Below are positions 37,401-51,028 of a stretch of DNA of 64,000 bases, one piece after another. Position 1 is the first letter of the stretch; the number at the start of each line of letters is the position of its first letter. The stretch spans positions 2,723,812 to 2,787,811 of the forward strand of contig NC_092675.1 of NCBI RefSeq assembly GCF_964355755.1. The letters are read 5' to 3'. This DNA comes from Antedon mediterranea. Taxonomy: Eukaryota; Animalia; Echinodermata. The notes below the pieces were generated by a model. The model ran no database searches and had not been told where the DNA came from. It saw only the letters and a list, made by a program, of their open reading frames with translations. A program made the translations under genes and the position numbers.

Positions 37401-40400
37401 AGCTTTCGGTTTAATACAAACATAAATAGTTGGAACATTGTGTTTATTATAGTATTATATCAAGACTGCAATCTACAAAACCAGTAGAAAAAGGTCCCAA
37501 TTTTACCATTACACATTTTGAATACCAGACTTGACATAAATCCGGACGTTAGTAGGCAACCCATGGGTGTCCAGCTATTGGGAGAGTTGACACTAGCACC
37601 TTTCTAATATAATCCTTGCACTTTTACCCAATATGACAAAAATGAATTTCAATTCAGGAAATTAAAATTGTACTATAATATAAGCAAAGTGCTTTTATAA
37701 AGACCTTGTATATTATTGTTGTGATATTATGAATATGAAGTGTGTGAAATAACCAATTTGCAATGAATGACTGATTCGATATTAAATCCATCTCATATTT
37801 TCTTAACTCGTTAATTCATTCTCGGAGGCTGAAGAAGAAAAACAATCTTTGAGTGCTACGTCTCTTGTCGAAATGAAAGAATGTTTCTGTTGAGAATTAA
37901 GAAAAACAACACAAGACGAGAAATACTATGAGGTAGTCTGTAGAACGGGTACTCTGTTATAATAGATGTTTTTAGATTTATTTACACATTTAAAAAAAAA
38001 ATGTTTTCCTCTACAGTATACTGTCCATCTCACTCTAGTTAAGTAACCTAATAATAATGACTGTATAATTCACCTGTAAATTGCAATTAAAATATTTTAT
38101 TAATGTTTATAGCACATTCTTGTTTTTTTAACAAGTTCTTGAAATACTGTACATTGTGCACCTCATTATTTTACTAATATTTTTAACTCTAACGATTGAT
38201 TATAATTTATTCTTACAACATGATAAAATAGCAAATGAGAATCTTGTTAATAGTACAAAAATTAATAAAGATTAATTACTTTTTGAGAAATTTATTATGA
38301 CAAATACTAGTGATTCATAGCCACACCCATACTTTGATTAAAATGAAATCAGTAAGAATGTGAAAAGTGAGTGAAGAAATATGCAAATGAGATGGTTGAA
38401 AGGGTGACATGAAACACAATGACACGCTGGCTTTGTCCGCCATATCTTGTTTCCTTGGTAACAGGGTACAAAGTACAAGGTCTACAAATGTATTTAATGT
38501 AATTAATATTAAAAACAATAGGTCTGGATTAGTGTTCTGATTAAAACATAACCGAATTATGTTGTTATAAAGATGGATTGATTCGTGTATAAAAAATTGT
38601 TCTCTCTGTAATTATATTCTTAGTTGCTAAGCAACGGGTAGATTTATTAACGAGGAAATTGTATTTTCTTTAAAAACATGTGGGAAATGAACAGCAAGGA
38701 GTGGCGAAATGGAATCGAGTGCTAATTGCAGATGTTTTAATGAACGCTATGCCATCAAATTATAGCGAGCAGGAATAGGCTTGTTTGTCTACCAGTACCA
38801 TACATTGAAATAGAATTAAGAGCGTGATGTAGAAAGTGGCTATTTAATTTATTAAGCTGGCTCCTTCTTTCTAGACTGGAGACAAGAAATTAATTTTTAT
38901 CAAGGTAGAAGCTGTAAAAATTATATTAACAAATTGTAATTTCATACAGCACTATCAGTTGGACATTTCACAGATCTCCATACTCAATACAATCAGGACA
39001 TTTCACAGATCTCAATACAATCAGGAAAGGGAAAAAAATAGATTAAAATCGGTAACATTTACCATTGATATTATTCTGATTATCAAAGGCACATTTCTTA
39101 AAATTCTATATCACTTTATAAAATAAGTTAAAAAAATTATAACAAACAGGATTTAAAAAATGTGAATATACCTTAGTTTTTGCATATGGTTTTTTAAATC
39201 TTTTTTTGTTTTGTTCAAGTACTGTTAAGTTCAGTTAAATTAGGATGTCCAAATGTCGGTAAGACACCCTAAGGGAATTTAACTTGTGATTGTAATTACT
39301 AAAAATACAATTAATGCGGTGTATTAAAGTTTGACATTTTTCTAAGATCATTTGGTTGAAAAGTGTAAGAAAATTGAGTTTTTTTTAACTTATTATATTA
39401 ATATTTTCCTCGTACTACACAGATATCCAAAAGTGTGTAGTATGTTTATTTGTATGAAATTGATATAAATAAGTGTACACTTTTACAAAGGGATTTAGTA
39501 ATTATTAATATTTGCCTCATACTAGACGGATACACAAACATCTATAGTAAGTTTACTTGTATTGAAAAGGGATTTAGGCCTTTATTAATATTTGCCTCAT
39601 ATCCGTCTGTTTACTTGTATACTATATAAAATTGATATTTTATAAATAAGTTTTCACATTATATGTGTGAAAAGGAATTTAGGCCTATAGTTCAATGGTT
39701 TTATTTTCTTCTCATTTCCTATTAATGCATCGTATATGGAGTAGAAAATAATTAGCATACATCTGCTTATTCATAAATTGAATATGGTCAAAGATTAATC
39801 TTAAAAGTAAATGAGTCATGTTAGATAACTGCAGGTGTATTGAAAACGGCTACGAAATGGAGGACCTTTAAAGCAAATGATACTAACCAAGGTCGTAGAC
39901 GTTAACATTTAAAAAGAAAGGAAATTACGTATCCAGACTGCTGGACAAATTAAATAGTATTGTGTCGTTAGTTTGTGTGCATTAAAAAACGACAATGACT
40001 AGAGCACTGAGCGAGCTAGCAAGCTAGCACTTGGAATATTTAAGTGGATTTCATGTTGAGGATTTGAAAGAAAACCACAAGGACTTAAATGAAGATGAAC
40101 AGAATGAATGTGAAATGAGAATGTAGAGTGGATAGCTATAGATTTTAATGCTAATTGCCGCTAGCTAAATTTAAGTAACTACATAATAATATGACCATAA
40201 TATTCTAATTCGATTTTGATATTTCCTTGCGTTCATTCAAGAAACATTTGTACGGAAAGAAAATTGCTTTTTGAAAATTGATACGATTTAGAATAAGTGT
40301 GATTTAAATATTCTATGAGTTAGAGAAAATAGTGATGCAGGCATAGTTAGTTTATGCTGCCTGTGAAGGGCATTCAAGCGTGAAATGTAGTGGTCTTCCC

Positions 40401-43400
40401 TGCGATGAGTACTTGATATTTATTCATTATCAAGGGACTGATAATACACATTACATAGTAAAAAGCAATGGAATCTACAAGACATTTAGTCAAGCGAAGA
40501 CTAGCAGATTGAATGCCATAGTTTGTTGTAAATTATTATTTGCTTTTGAGGCAATTCACTTCTGGAATAAATTATTATAATTATTTTACAGCTTCTATTT
40601 CTTAGGAAATGTTCATCTTTAAGATCAGTATTTCAGGATGCTCTTGAATATTATTTATTTCACGATATGTATGATTATATTTGTATTTTATTTTGTTGTT
40701 TGCTGTACAGTAATACTAATATGGAAAGAGTGGCGGCATGGTGTGGCAAGAATAACTTCTAGGTTTCAATGGAATTATCAAATATTTTGGATTTTTTATA
40801 AATTTGTTTTTTTCTTTGTAGGAGGCAACAAACGTGATCGTGATGAAGATATTGGGTCTCCAGAACAATCGGTCAAACGACCTCGTGGAGATGGTCCGGA
40901 GATAACCCTACGTATCATGATTATGAGTAAGGTATGTTCTAAATAAACAGTTTATCATTATTATTTTACCCAACTTAAACAATAAGCAATATTTTGTATT
41001 TAAATTAATATGTTATTATAATCTGCATTTTGGTTGGTTAATTATAAACGTTGAGGGTAAAAGGTCGTTAAAGACCAGCTTTACTTCAGCTGCTCAAGGC
41101 AGTCTTGTCTGAACAAAAGCTTGTGGCAATCAATTAATATGCAAATTAGTTGTTAATTATGTTGAGGCTATTCATATGCTCATTCGTTTTAGACATTTGT
41201 ATTTTCTGTGTTAATCTTAAAATTATATGTGTACTCTCTTACGGAAACATTCAAGTAACCAACTACACCTAATTGCATTGTGATCTGATTAAACATTAAT
41301 TGATATGTTGTCCTACTGTACTATAAAATATAATACTCTAGGTATGGTTCCCCCCCCCCCCCCCAAAAAAAATTAATTTATAGACCGCTAATATGATAAT
41401 TTGTAGTATTGTAGCAGTAATATTGATTTTTAAAAACAGAAATGTAATATTGTAGTCAATTTATTAATTTTTAATGTTTTGTTTTATCAGAATGCCGGTG
41501 CAATTATTGGCAGAGGAGGTACCAACATTAAGCGCTTGAGATCAGACGTTAGTATTTATTCTGTTCTTATCTTAAATTGATTATATTATGATATTATTAT
41601 ATTGTGTTTAGATTTTATATGAAATATTAAGAATTTTATATTGTTTTGATATAAACCATTTTCATGAATATTTTCCTCAAATTAAATGAACGGTGCTGTG
41701 GGTAAATTAATTTTACTTGTGTATTTTTCTATAAAGACAATACAAATATCTTGTATCTTACACTGTACAAAACAAATAGTAAACCAGCAAACCAACAGTC
41801 TTTTTATCATAAAATGATTTACTTGCTTTTACTGAAGTCTAAATTCATCTCATGAAAATGGTTTATGACTTGAAATACTTCTATTGAGATTATTTGTCAG
41901 TCATGTACTGTATTATTGATTACTATAAACTTCGAATCAATGTTTCTAAGACTACGCATATAATGTCAGCTTTGTCGACGACAAAGAGGAAAATAAGTAA
42001 ATATAAATGACAAGCCTTCTAAATCCATATAATATGTCAATGAATTTTAAATTGAAGCTTGTGTAATATTAAGATTCCGCCATGTTTTATTTCTGATGAT
42101 AATGAGTATTACCATAAATGGCCAGACCACAATGTGCTTATGTTTTAATAAGCCCTTTATTTTTTTAAAGCATAATTAATAATTTGACGCAAAATTGCAT
42201 CTCTGGAGTTTTACTCATTCATGCGTAACCAAGCAAATTTATATATTAACAGCGCATAGCAATTAAAATTGTTTTTTCTTTGACCATATATGGTAATACC
42301 TTAATGTTAAAAAGATTGATTATGAATATATGATGTATTTTTATAACGCCATTAACCCCGTGCCCATTTCTCCTTCCATTACTATGTCCCATCTACTACT
42401 CTTCCCGTCACTGATCGCCATCGACCATGGTGCCATTACCCAACTTGATGTCCGTACCTGTCCGAATCTATCCATGAACCCTATGGCCCCGCTCCGCTCG
42501 GGACTCCACACATTCTCCCGACCTGTTGGCCCGATCGTCCAGTACAATGGAAAAGTTAACGTGCCCGACTGCAGCGGGCCAGAGCGGTATGTCCAATCAT
42601 CCCGGTTTGTTTACCTTTGTAGAAAACATTAGTTAGGTCATACTCATACACATTAATTAATATATTTAATTATTCATTAAAATAACCCTTCTTAAAAGGG
42701 TTTTTACCAATGTGACTCGTATGTAAACTATCAACATTAATACAAAGAGTCAATTTAGTTAATAATATGTTCATCACAGTATGTTAATTAAAGGGTTTTG
42801 TTATAATGACATATTAGACTAGGAACCAGTCATTTTGGGGGGTTTTGTTGTTTTATATGTATTAGATATCTATCTTAATGGTCATTGTTGATTCTTTGGG
42901 TTCAGTTTTTAATCTAATAGAACTAATGGAATGTCAATGACTTAACAATTATATTATCACTAAATTTGGATCAACAATACTTAAATATGTTAATTAATTA
43001 AACATGGGATGTGGTATACTACCAAGATAACAGGCACACTTGCAATGTATACACTGTATATGAACATCTATTTATTATCTGTCATTAAAAGTAACCGTAA
43101 AGCGTTATTTCACATGTCATACAAATTGTACTAAATTTGTATTTAAAAAATATTTTTCTACACAATCCAAAAAGTAATGTATGTATACCTGAAAGTGTGC
43201 CTGTCGTTGTTGAGAATTATCGATATGGGTGGTGGATTATAAACATGCACATCTATGTGGTAGTAATGCCCGTATTGTTCTCTATATAGGATCTTGACAA
43301 TTACAGCAGCCCAGGATGATGCTATTGCTTGTCTTATGGATACTATACCAAGTTGGGATGAGGTACAGTAACACCTTACTGACTTATTGAAATTTTGCCT

Positions 43401-46400
43401 TATTAATGCTCCTATGAACTAAATTGTTATGCTGCCAAGTTTGAGTTGAGCCATAACTGAGTTCATTCGCACCCCTGTTCATAAAAAAAACATACACATA
43501 AGATGCTCTACACAGTCTTATTACTTTGAGAGTACAGTTGGTTTTGTAATGGGTTTGCAAATCATGCCAACTGACAGGATTTGAATCAAAGACCCTAAGA
43601 TCACAAAACAAAACTACGTTGCAGTTTTACCACTCCCATTATTTGAGGAAACAAACCAGTTGGGTTTTGTTTATTATATCTTGCCTTGATTTGAAATTAG
43701 TCATTGGACCAGCCTAGAGCTTGCATGAACAAGATGCTTTTGTTCAAATTTGTACCTAGGAGGCCGAGGCCTTTTTCATTACAGCTGTTATGTTAATATC
43801 TCCCAGGAAGAAGCTAGGGCATTATCCATTCCTATATTAAGTTAATTGTATGTAAAACAAAATATCCTTTGTATTAACTATTATTAACTAATAAAAAACA
43901 TTGCCTAATATGTTGGATTGATATTTTGTATTAGTGGTAATGCGTATTGACAATGTAGGCATCACAAAATGAGTTAAATCTTAACGTGTATCAATTACTT
44001 TTTTTTCATTAGTACAAACAACGTCCCGACAAAGAGGTAAAAGTAGATGAACTTCAGATTGAGGTTCGTATGTTAGTTCATCAGAGCCAAGCTGGTGCTG
44101 TCATTGGTAGAGCTGGCTTCAAAATCAAAGAACTTAGAGATGTATGTATTCACTTTTACTAATTTTGAATTTTATATTAATTTCCTATTCATAAGATATT
44201 ATAAACTGGTGTAAATCTTGCTTTTTGGATGCATTTGCAAAATATCAACTCTACTTATGTGTGTACAGGAACGTTAAAAGTTAATTGTGTTTTTTTTTTC
44301 TAAATTCAGCAAAGTGGAGCAGCAATCAAAGTATACCAAGATGTGTGTCCCAACTCAACAGATCGTGTTGTTCAGATGGCTGGCGTCATTGAGAAAGTAT
44401 CATCAGCCATGCACAAAGTACAGAAAGTCTTACAAGATGTAAGTGCATATTGTGACATTTTAAGAATGTAGATTTACACATTGAAATATTGAAATTTACC
44501 CCATATTGGATATTGAAATGCACCCCATATTAGATATTGAATTGCACCCCATATTGGATATTGAAATGCACCCCAAATTGGATATTGAAATGCACCCCAT
44601 ATTGGATATTGAAATGCACCCCAAATTGGGTACTGAAATGTACCCCAAATTGGGTATTGAAATTTACCCATATTTGGATATTTAAATATATCACACATTA
44701 GATATTGATTATCCCCCATATTGGATATTGAAATGCACCCCATATTGATTATACCTCATATTGGACATTGAAGTGTACTCCATAATGGTTATTGAAATGC
44801 ACTAACATAGCAATATTTTGGATGACTTTTAACACACTGTCTTTATGTAATTCTCTACTATAGACACCCATAAAAGGACCGCTTCAGCCATATGACCCCT
44901 ATTGTTACAATGTCTTTGCTGCAAGAGGATATGGCGGTTACGGAGATCCATCATTTGATCGTGGCGGCGGAGGAGGAGGACGATTTGGTGGTGGAGGAGG
45001 ACGAATGGGAGGTGGCGGAGGACGAATGGGTGGAGGAGGAGGAGGTGGAAGACATGGTGGTTTTGGTGGTGGTGGAGGAGGAATGGGTGGTGGACCAAGA
45101 GGGTTTATGTCACGTGGAGGACCACGACGGGGAGGCGGAGGAGGAGGTGGCGGCGGAGGGCCGAGAGGTAGACGACAGCAGTTTGATGACTACGACTATG
45201 CTTCCGACAATATGGTAAATAATGCTAATAGTGAATGTTCTACCTTATTTGTTTCAAAGAGGATAAAATAACAATGAACAAACCTAATTATAACATTTAA
45301 TTAGTGTTGAAAGACCTAAAATCTAATTCAATCTGCTTAATAAATTATTTGCATTTTTAATTACATTTTTATTTAATAAAAGGTACATGTGTTTTAACAA
45401 TAATAATTTTCTTTTCTTAGGGTGGTGACTTTGGAAGTGGATTTAATGGAGGCTACAGCGGTGGTGGAGGAGGAGGAGGTGGTGGTGGCGGTGGTGGTGG
45501 TGGAGGAGGAAGTGGTGGCTTTGACGAGGTCAAAGGTGAATCTGCTCAAGTCACCATTCCCAAAGAGGTTTGTGAAATATTATATTCAACCTAAAAGATT
45601 ATACAGTCATAGAAATATATTTGTTTTTGTGTCAATTCCTTTTAATTAAATATTTAAAAATTTAACAATCTCGATTTAGAAAATATTTCTTAGACAAAGC
45701 GAACTAATAAAACTGTAAATAACTGTATTATATTTAATTTATTTAAAAAACATGTGTAAATAAATCAAATTAATAAATCATAATAATTCTTGTCTTGCAG
45801 TTGGCTGGGTCAATTATTGGCCGAAACGGAGAACGCATAAAAAATATCCGAAAACAAAGCGGTGCTGTGATAAAGATTGATAATGCTTTACCAGGCCAAA
45901 CAGATCGCGTTATCACAATCACAGGCAGAACGGAACAGATACAAAATGCACAGTACCTCCTGCAACAAAGGTAGTTAACTCGTTCATGCATGACATTTCA
46001 TCATCTAAACTAAAAAAATTGTATTGAAATCAAGTTGATATTGAAACTGTTTCAAAATTTAAAATGGTTTTTTCAAGACCCACCAAAAAATAAACATTTC
46101 AAAGAAATGTTTTAAGTTTCAATGAACAGCTTGATTTTAATATGTTTAGCATTTTTAAACTGGTTTTTGAGGAGCATTTGCAGTATTCTGTAGCCTTGAC
46201 GCATGCTACAGTATTCAATAATAGTGACTGTATTGTAAGGATTAGGCCTACTTTTGGTTGAGAACATCAATAGGGGCTGCATGCTGTGGGCCTGACAATT
46301 GCATCGACTAATCGTAACAACGCATGATGTATGCTGGGATACTTGTACTGATCTGAGGTTTTCGGTTCTGCTATCGAGTTAGAGAATGCATGACTCCTGC

Positions 46401-47917
46401 AGATAGCATATAGTATGCAATTCACACAGAATAACAACATCACCAGCTAACTTTATTAACCTCTCAATTATTAACAGAATAATAATAATGTATTGCACAC
46501 TAACTAACAAAAGTAGCCAGATTAATTTAGACACATAGAAAAGAAAGTAATATGCCAAATTTCTATAGATAAATTCTCACTTTAGTTTCAACTAAAATAT
46601 GCTCATATTATTATCCATAGAGTATTAATACTAATTTTTTTACTTTTATGCCCTTGTAAAAAATGTATTTTAATATTTGTTTTCTTTTAAATAGTATAGT
46701 TTAGTATAAAAACAAATAGAAATGTTTTTAATGTGTAATTGACTCGTTGATATTTTAAAAAAAACAAATAAATACATTAAATTATATATACAATCAAAGA
46801 AAGATGTTATTGCTAGTTAGCCAAATTGTAAACATAAATTTTATTCATAAAAAAAAAACGTAAAAAGCTGACTAAACATAGATGATTTACACAATTGTTA
46901 TGAACATTTTTTTGCCACATTTGTTCAAATGAAACTTATTTTTTGACAAGTGCAAACTAATTTTTAAAAATACTAACATAAAATTAGTTTTGCTGTGCCT
47001 AATTAAAACAATGCTGTGTTCACAATAATCATAATAACAATCATATACTATTAATACAACTATAACAACACTCATGCTACTTGATTCTTGCTAGTCTCTC
47101 TCATCCAGTCTCACCTGGTTAACATTTCTGCTTCAAACCGTATGGAAGACTAGTGATTTTGTTGTTGTGAACCCAGACAAACATAAAATCCTAGTCTGCC
47201 TTAGGGTGAGAGGTGCTAACATCATTTCTGCACTTGCTAACCTGTATATAATGCATCACATCCAGAGATCAACTCTATCATGGAAGACATTTGACCCTTG
47301 AACTTGTGGTCATAACTCTTTTATTGAATCATTTAACTAGTGGTTAATTATTAATTCAGATTCAAGATTTATTATGTGGATTTTGCTGAGTGTATTTTTA
47401 ACTTCATTATTCATTGTTTATTTTCAGCTTTTTCTCTTAATAAAAAGCAGTTTTATAAACATTACATAAAAATTTGATCATTGTCTTTCTTTACCAGATT
47501 ACACATTACCATTGATGGTTAGCATTAATACCCCTTTTACATTGTCTAGCAAAACTCTGTAGTTAACACGCAACAGGGCGTCTGCACCAGTATTTTGTAG
47601 GTGTACGTCCCGATGTGTTTAAAACTTTAGACGTTTACCAGGTGATGTGAAAGGGGTATTTAATATCTTTATTAATTCTAAAGCTCTGTCTACACTATGA
47701 AACTAGCAATGTGCCCAAATATGGTGGTGATATGACATCATCATGTCCATATATGGGCATATCACATTTTTTGTCACATAAAGTTTGATAGTGTAGACAG
47801 ATTTTTAGATTCATTGTTTGTGAACGATTCAGTTACATAGTGTGTTTCATTTATCTGAATAATCATTTTATTTTCTTTCTTTTCTTTAGTGTGAGAGACA
47901 ACTCAAACAGATACTAG
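34476..47917 (+). CDS. HNRNPK: Heterogeneous nuclear ribonucleoprotein K (three KH domains, Gly/RGG-rich KI region)
   Basis: Exons 34476-34524, (36995-37057 optional), 40822-40931, 41491-41547, 42543-42586, 43290-43362, 44013-44141, 44310-44438, 44864-45214, 45421-45567, 45801-45970, 47890-47917. KH1 [19 protein letters not shown]|[17 protein letters not shown]2 [24 protein letters not shown]3 [24 protein letters not shown]...[13 protein letters not shown]; bipartite NLS KRDR...KRPR. The start exon is less certain than the KH exons. Confidence 0.93.
44480..44800. repeat. 24-bp minisatellite in an hnRNPK intron
   Basis: TTGGATATTGAAATGCACCCCATA repeated about 12 times, with degenerate edges. 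Confidence 0.9.
47135..47208 (+). ncRNA. mir-7: pre-miR-7 hairpin in the last intron of hnRNP K
   Basis: TGGAAGACTAGTGATTTTGTTGTT at 47143-47166 equals canonical mature miR-7-5p. The 3' arm ACATAAAATCCTAGTCTGCCTTA (47181-47203) pairs back. Location in the last hnRNPK intron is known from human and Drosophila. Confidence 0.96.
47682..47804. mobile_element. MITE family A copy in the last hnRNPK intron
   Basis: AGCTCTGTCTACACTAT ... TGATAGTGTAGACAGA. Confidence 0.78.
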
Positions 47918-50900
47918 ATGAGCATCCAGCCATACATCTACCGGAGAAGTGTCATCATTTAATCCTGTTAATATCTTGCATTAATAATTCCAAACACATT
48001 TTGTTATTTTTGTACTCAGATACTGCTTTTCTTTTTTCAATGTATTTTGTAAATAAATATAATTATTGCCCCTTCTTAACCTGTCTGCGATATTAGTAGC
48101 GAAATAGCCACCATGTTTTTACTATTAATAAATTGTTGATTTAAAAATTGGTGTATAAATTTTAACGCTTAATTGATAAAGATGTCGATTGTTGCTCCTT
48201 ATAAGTTCGTGTAACAGAAGAAACAAGTGTGAAGAAACCCTGTGTATAAAGAACCATGGTAATTCTTTGATTTAATTTACATTTTTATTTTATAGTTTTA
48301 AACATTTGATGCATAAGCTGAAGTTATTTTGGCTTTTTGAATGGAAGCTCATTTGCACGATCGTGGGCTAATGAATTGTAATGTTTTTACAATGTTGAAA
48401 AAATACTTTGAATAAAGAATATTGCATGTTTTAATTTGACTGTTTTTCAGAATTTGATTTTATTGTGTACAAGATATTTGAATGTTTACAGTGAATGTAA
48501 ATTAATGGAAGATTCCTAAATCACTTGAATAAGGGATGGGGATTTATTTGAGTTGATTGTGAGAACCTTACATTATTAAATAACATTCTGAGAAAGGTGG
48601 TGTGCAATTGTGGATAGTTTAACTCACTGTGAACTGACATATTATATTGGTTCTTATGACTGAATGAAAAAAAACTAAATGTGTGCAGATATTGCCTCCA
48701 TATGATGTCATAGGTCATCGCAATATTAAAGCTTCTTAATAATAATTACCCATATTATTTTATCCGATCGGTATTGTTTTTGTGGATTGGTACAATGTAA
48801 AACGGAATACTGCAGTATTAATACAGTTGGTTTTTATGTGTTTAGGAGGCTTGTGAGTTTGGTAGTGTGCATTGGAAATAAATATAGCCTTACTCTATAT
48901 ATTTATTTAAATGAATGAAAAAAAAACGTTCCTGATGAAATTGTATATCATGCAGCGTCTAATGGTCTTACAACGCATTGTGTGTCGAGTCAAAATCAAA
49001 ACTTTTGTGCGGATCATTTTTTCTTTTCAATATGAATATGGAATAAAGGCGTTGATAAATCCTAATGAATTATAGTTCGTACATCTTTTGTTTAACATAA
49101 TCTTATTATTACCAGCAGAATTCACTTATCGTTTATCGGAAAGTGGTTTCCTACTCTTAATGGAAAATGTCAAATTCTTGAGTTGATTTAAACAAGTCGT
49201 ATTTTTACAAATTGGACTTTTAAGTACACAAGCGATATAATTAGTACTTGTTTCAGTTATATGTGACCTGGTGCTGTCGTTATCCCAACTGGAAACCAAT
49301 AATTTTTTCTGTCCTGTGGTCTATTTAGCCACTCTGTCCTAATGTTAGATGTTAGGGATGCTCAACCAATCAATTTCTCTGTTAAGTAAGCTCAACCAAT
49401 CAATTTCTCCATTAAGTAAGCTCAACCAATCAATTCCTTTGTCTTGCCAACTACTTCACCCAATCAAATTATGTGTACTGCTGATTGTCCTTCAATAAAT
49501 TGGTTTCACGAACTCTCCTCCATCACTCAATTTGAGTGCTCGTTATTTGGGTCATAATGCATTTGTAATGCACTCGTTATTCTTGCACAATTAATCACAA
49601 CAAAACAAGTATAGAATATGACTGTACCACATGAATTACCAGGTTTCATTATCGTAATTGCATGACTGCCTCAAGACAAAACCTTGAAAAACATTTTCAC
49701 TTGCATTAAACAATAGTCGTGATGTCATCATGATGTCATCTGTTTTATTAAAATAATTAAATTCATTCACTTGGAGAACAGCGAGAAGGAATGTACTGTT
49801 ATGTAACCTGGGTAACGAATGAGTTACATTGTTAAGTAGATACATGTTTCTTATATAAATGATCACCAGAACATCCTCTGGGCTACAATATTGTGTTGTA
49901 ATTGGAGTGCAAGTCTTTCAAAATATTACAACTGTTACATATAAAAAAAATCAATAAAATTAAATTGCTTATGATATGAAATAATAAATTATGCACCAAT
50001 CTTTAATATCAAATTAATAAGAGCATCATGGTTTTGTGTGAATTACATTTTTACTGTCAAGAAATGGTATGGTTTAGCATAATTATATAGGTCTTAAACA
50101 ACAAGCTACCTACAAAATAGTGCCTATTGCATTAAGAATACAGTACATTGACTTCATTATGAATTAATAATATACCACAAAACGTATTTAATATTGAAAA
50201 TTGTTTAAATTTTAGATGGTAACTAAGTCCAGCTTCTTTGTTAAGCACATACTTGAGTAGGTAATAATGAAATGTTGCTTAGCAACACTAATTATTAACT
50301 GATAACCATGTAAGCTATGCACAGCCTGGTTCCATAGTGTTCATGCGGTTTTATTAAATGTTTGTTTCCAAATTTTTTTTGAAATGGCAGAATCTTCTGA
50401 ATTTAAAATATATTCTGATGCATTGGTGCTCAGTCAGAGCAGAGATGGGACCTAAATTTCTGAAACGATATTTGAGGATGAAGAGATTGCTAGGCCTTGT
50501 TCAATGGCATATCCCACTGCAGCGGCAATTCCATATCATTCTTTCAACTTTCAGTTTGAAAATTTTATCCTCCAATCCAATTGTTATTCATTTTTATATT
50601 TTAGTATGTACAACATTTTAAGAATGTGTTCATTTAAGGGATACAATAACAAGAAAATACTTTAATTAATTTATACTTGAATAGGCTTTATCAACAAAAT
50701 TGTTATATTAATTAAAAAATAAAATAAATAGATATACATTGAAATACATTTTTCAGTAATTTATTTTAATTTTTTCTTTCAATATTTCAAGATTGATTAA
50801 AACCTCCCATTTTTATATATTACTACAACATTTCTATATTATCACTGGGTAGAGATTTTTAACTTATACCCATTTCATATTTAGAGCAGGGGACACATAA

Positions 50901-51028
50901 AAAACCGCCTGTGTTGACAACTCCACAGTTTTTCTAAGCGATCGGTATTTATTACATTCTTTGACATAGTACTGTATATCAGTTCTTTTTTAAAATTATC
51001 ATACTAATAGCATAAGTTGTCAATATTT

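Noticed and set aside
44474-44743. ORF with repeated FQYPIWGA
   Set aside because: Translation of a 24-bp intronic minisatellite on the antisense strand.
44829-45649. Glu/Val-rich and His/Leu-rich ORFs
   Set aside because: Alternative frames or antisense of the GGN-rich hnRNP K exons.
46324-46360. C/D-box snoRNA (ATGATGT...CTGA)
   Set aside because: Imperfect C box, spacing too short, no terminal stem or recognisable guide.
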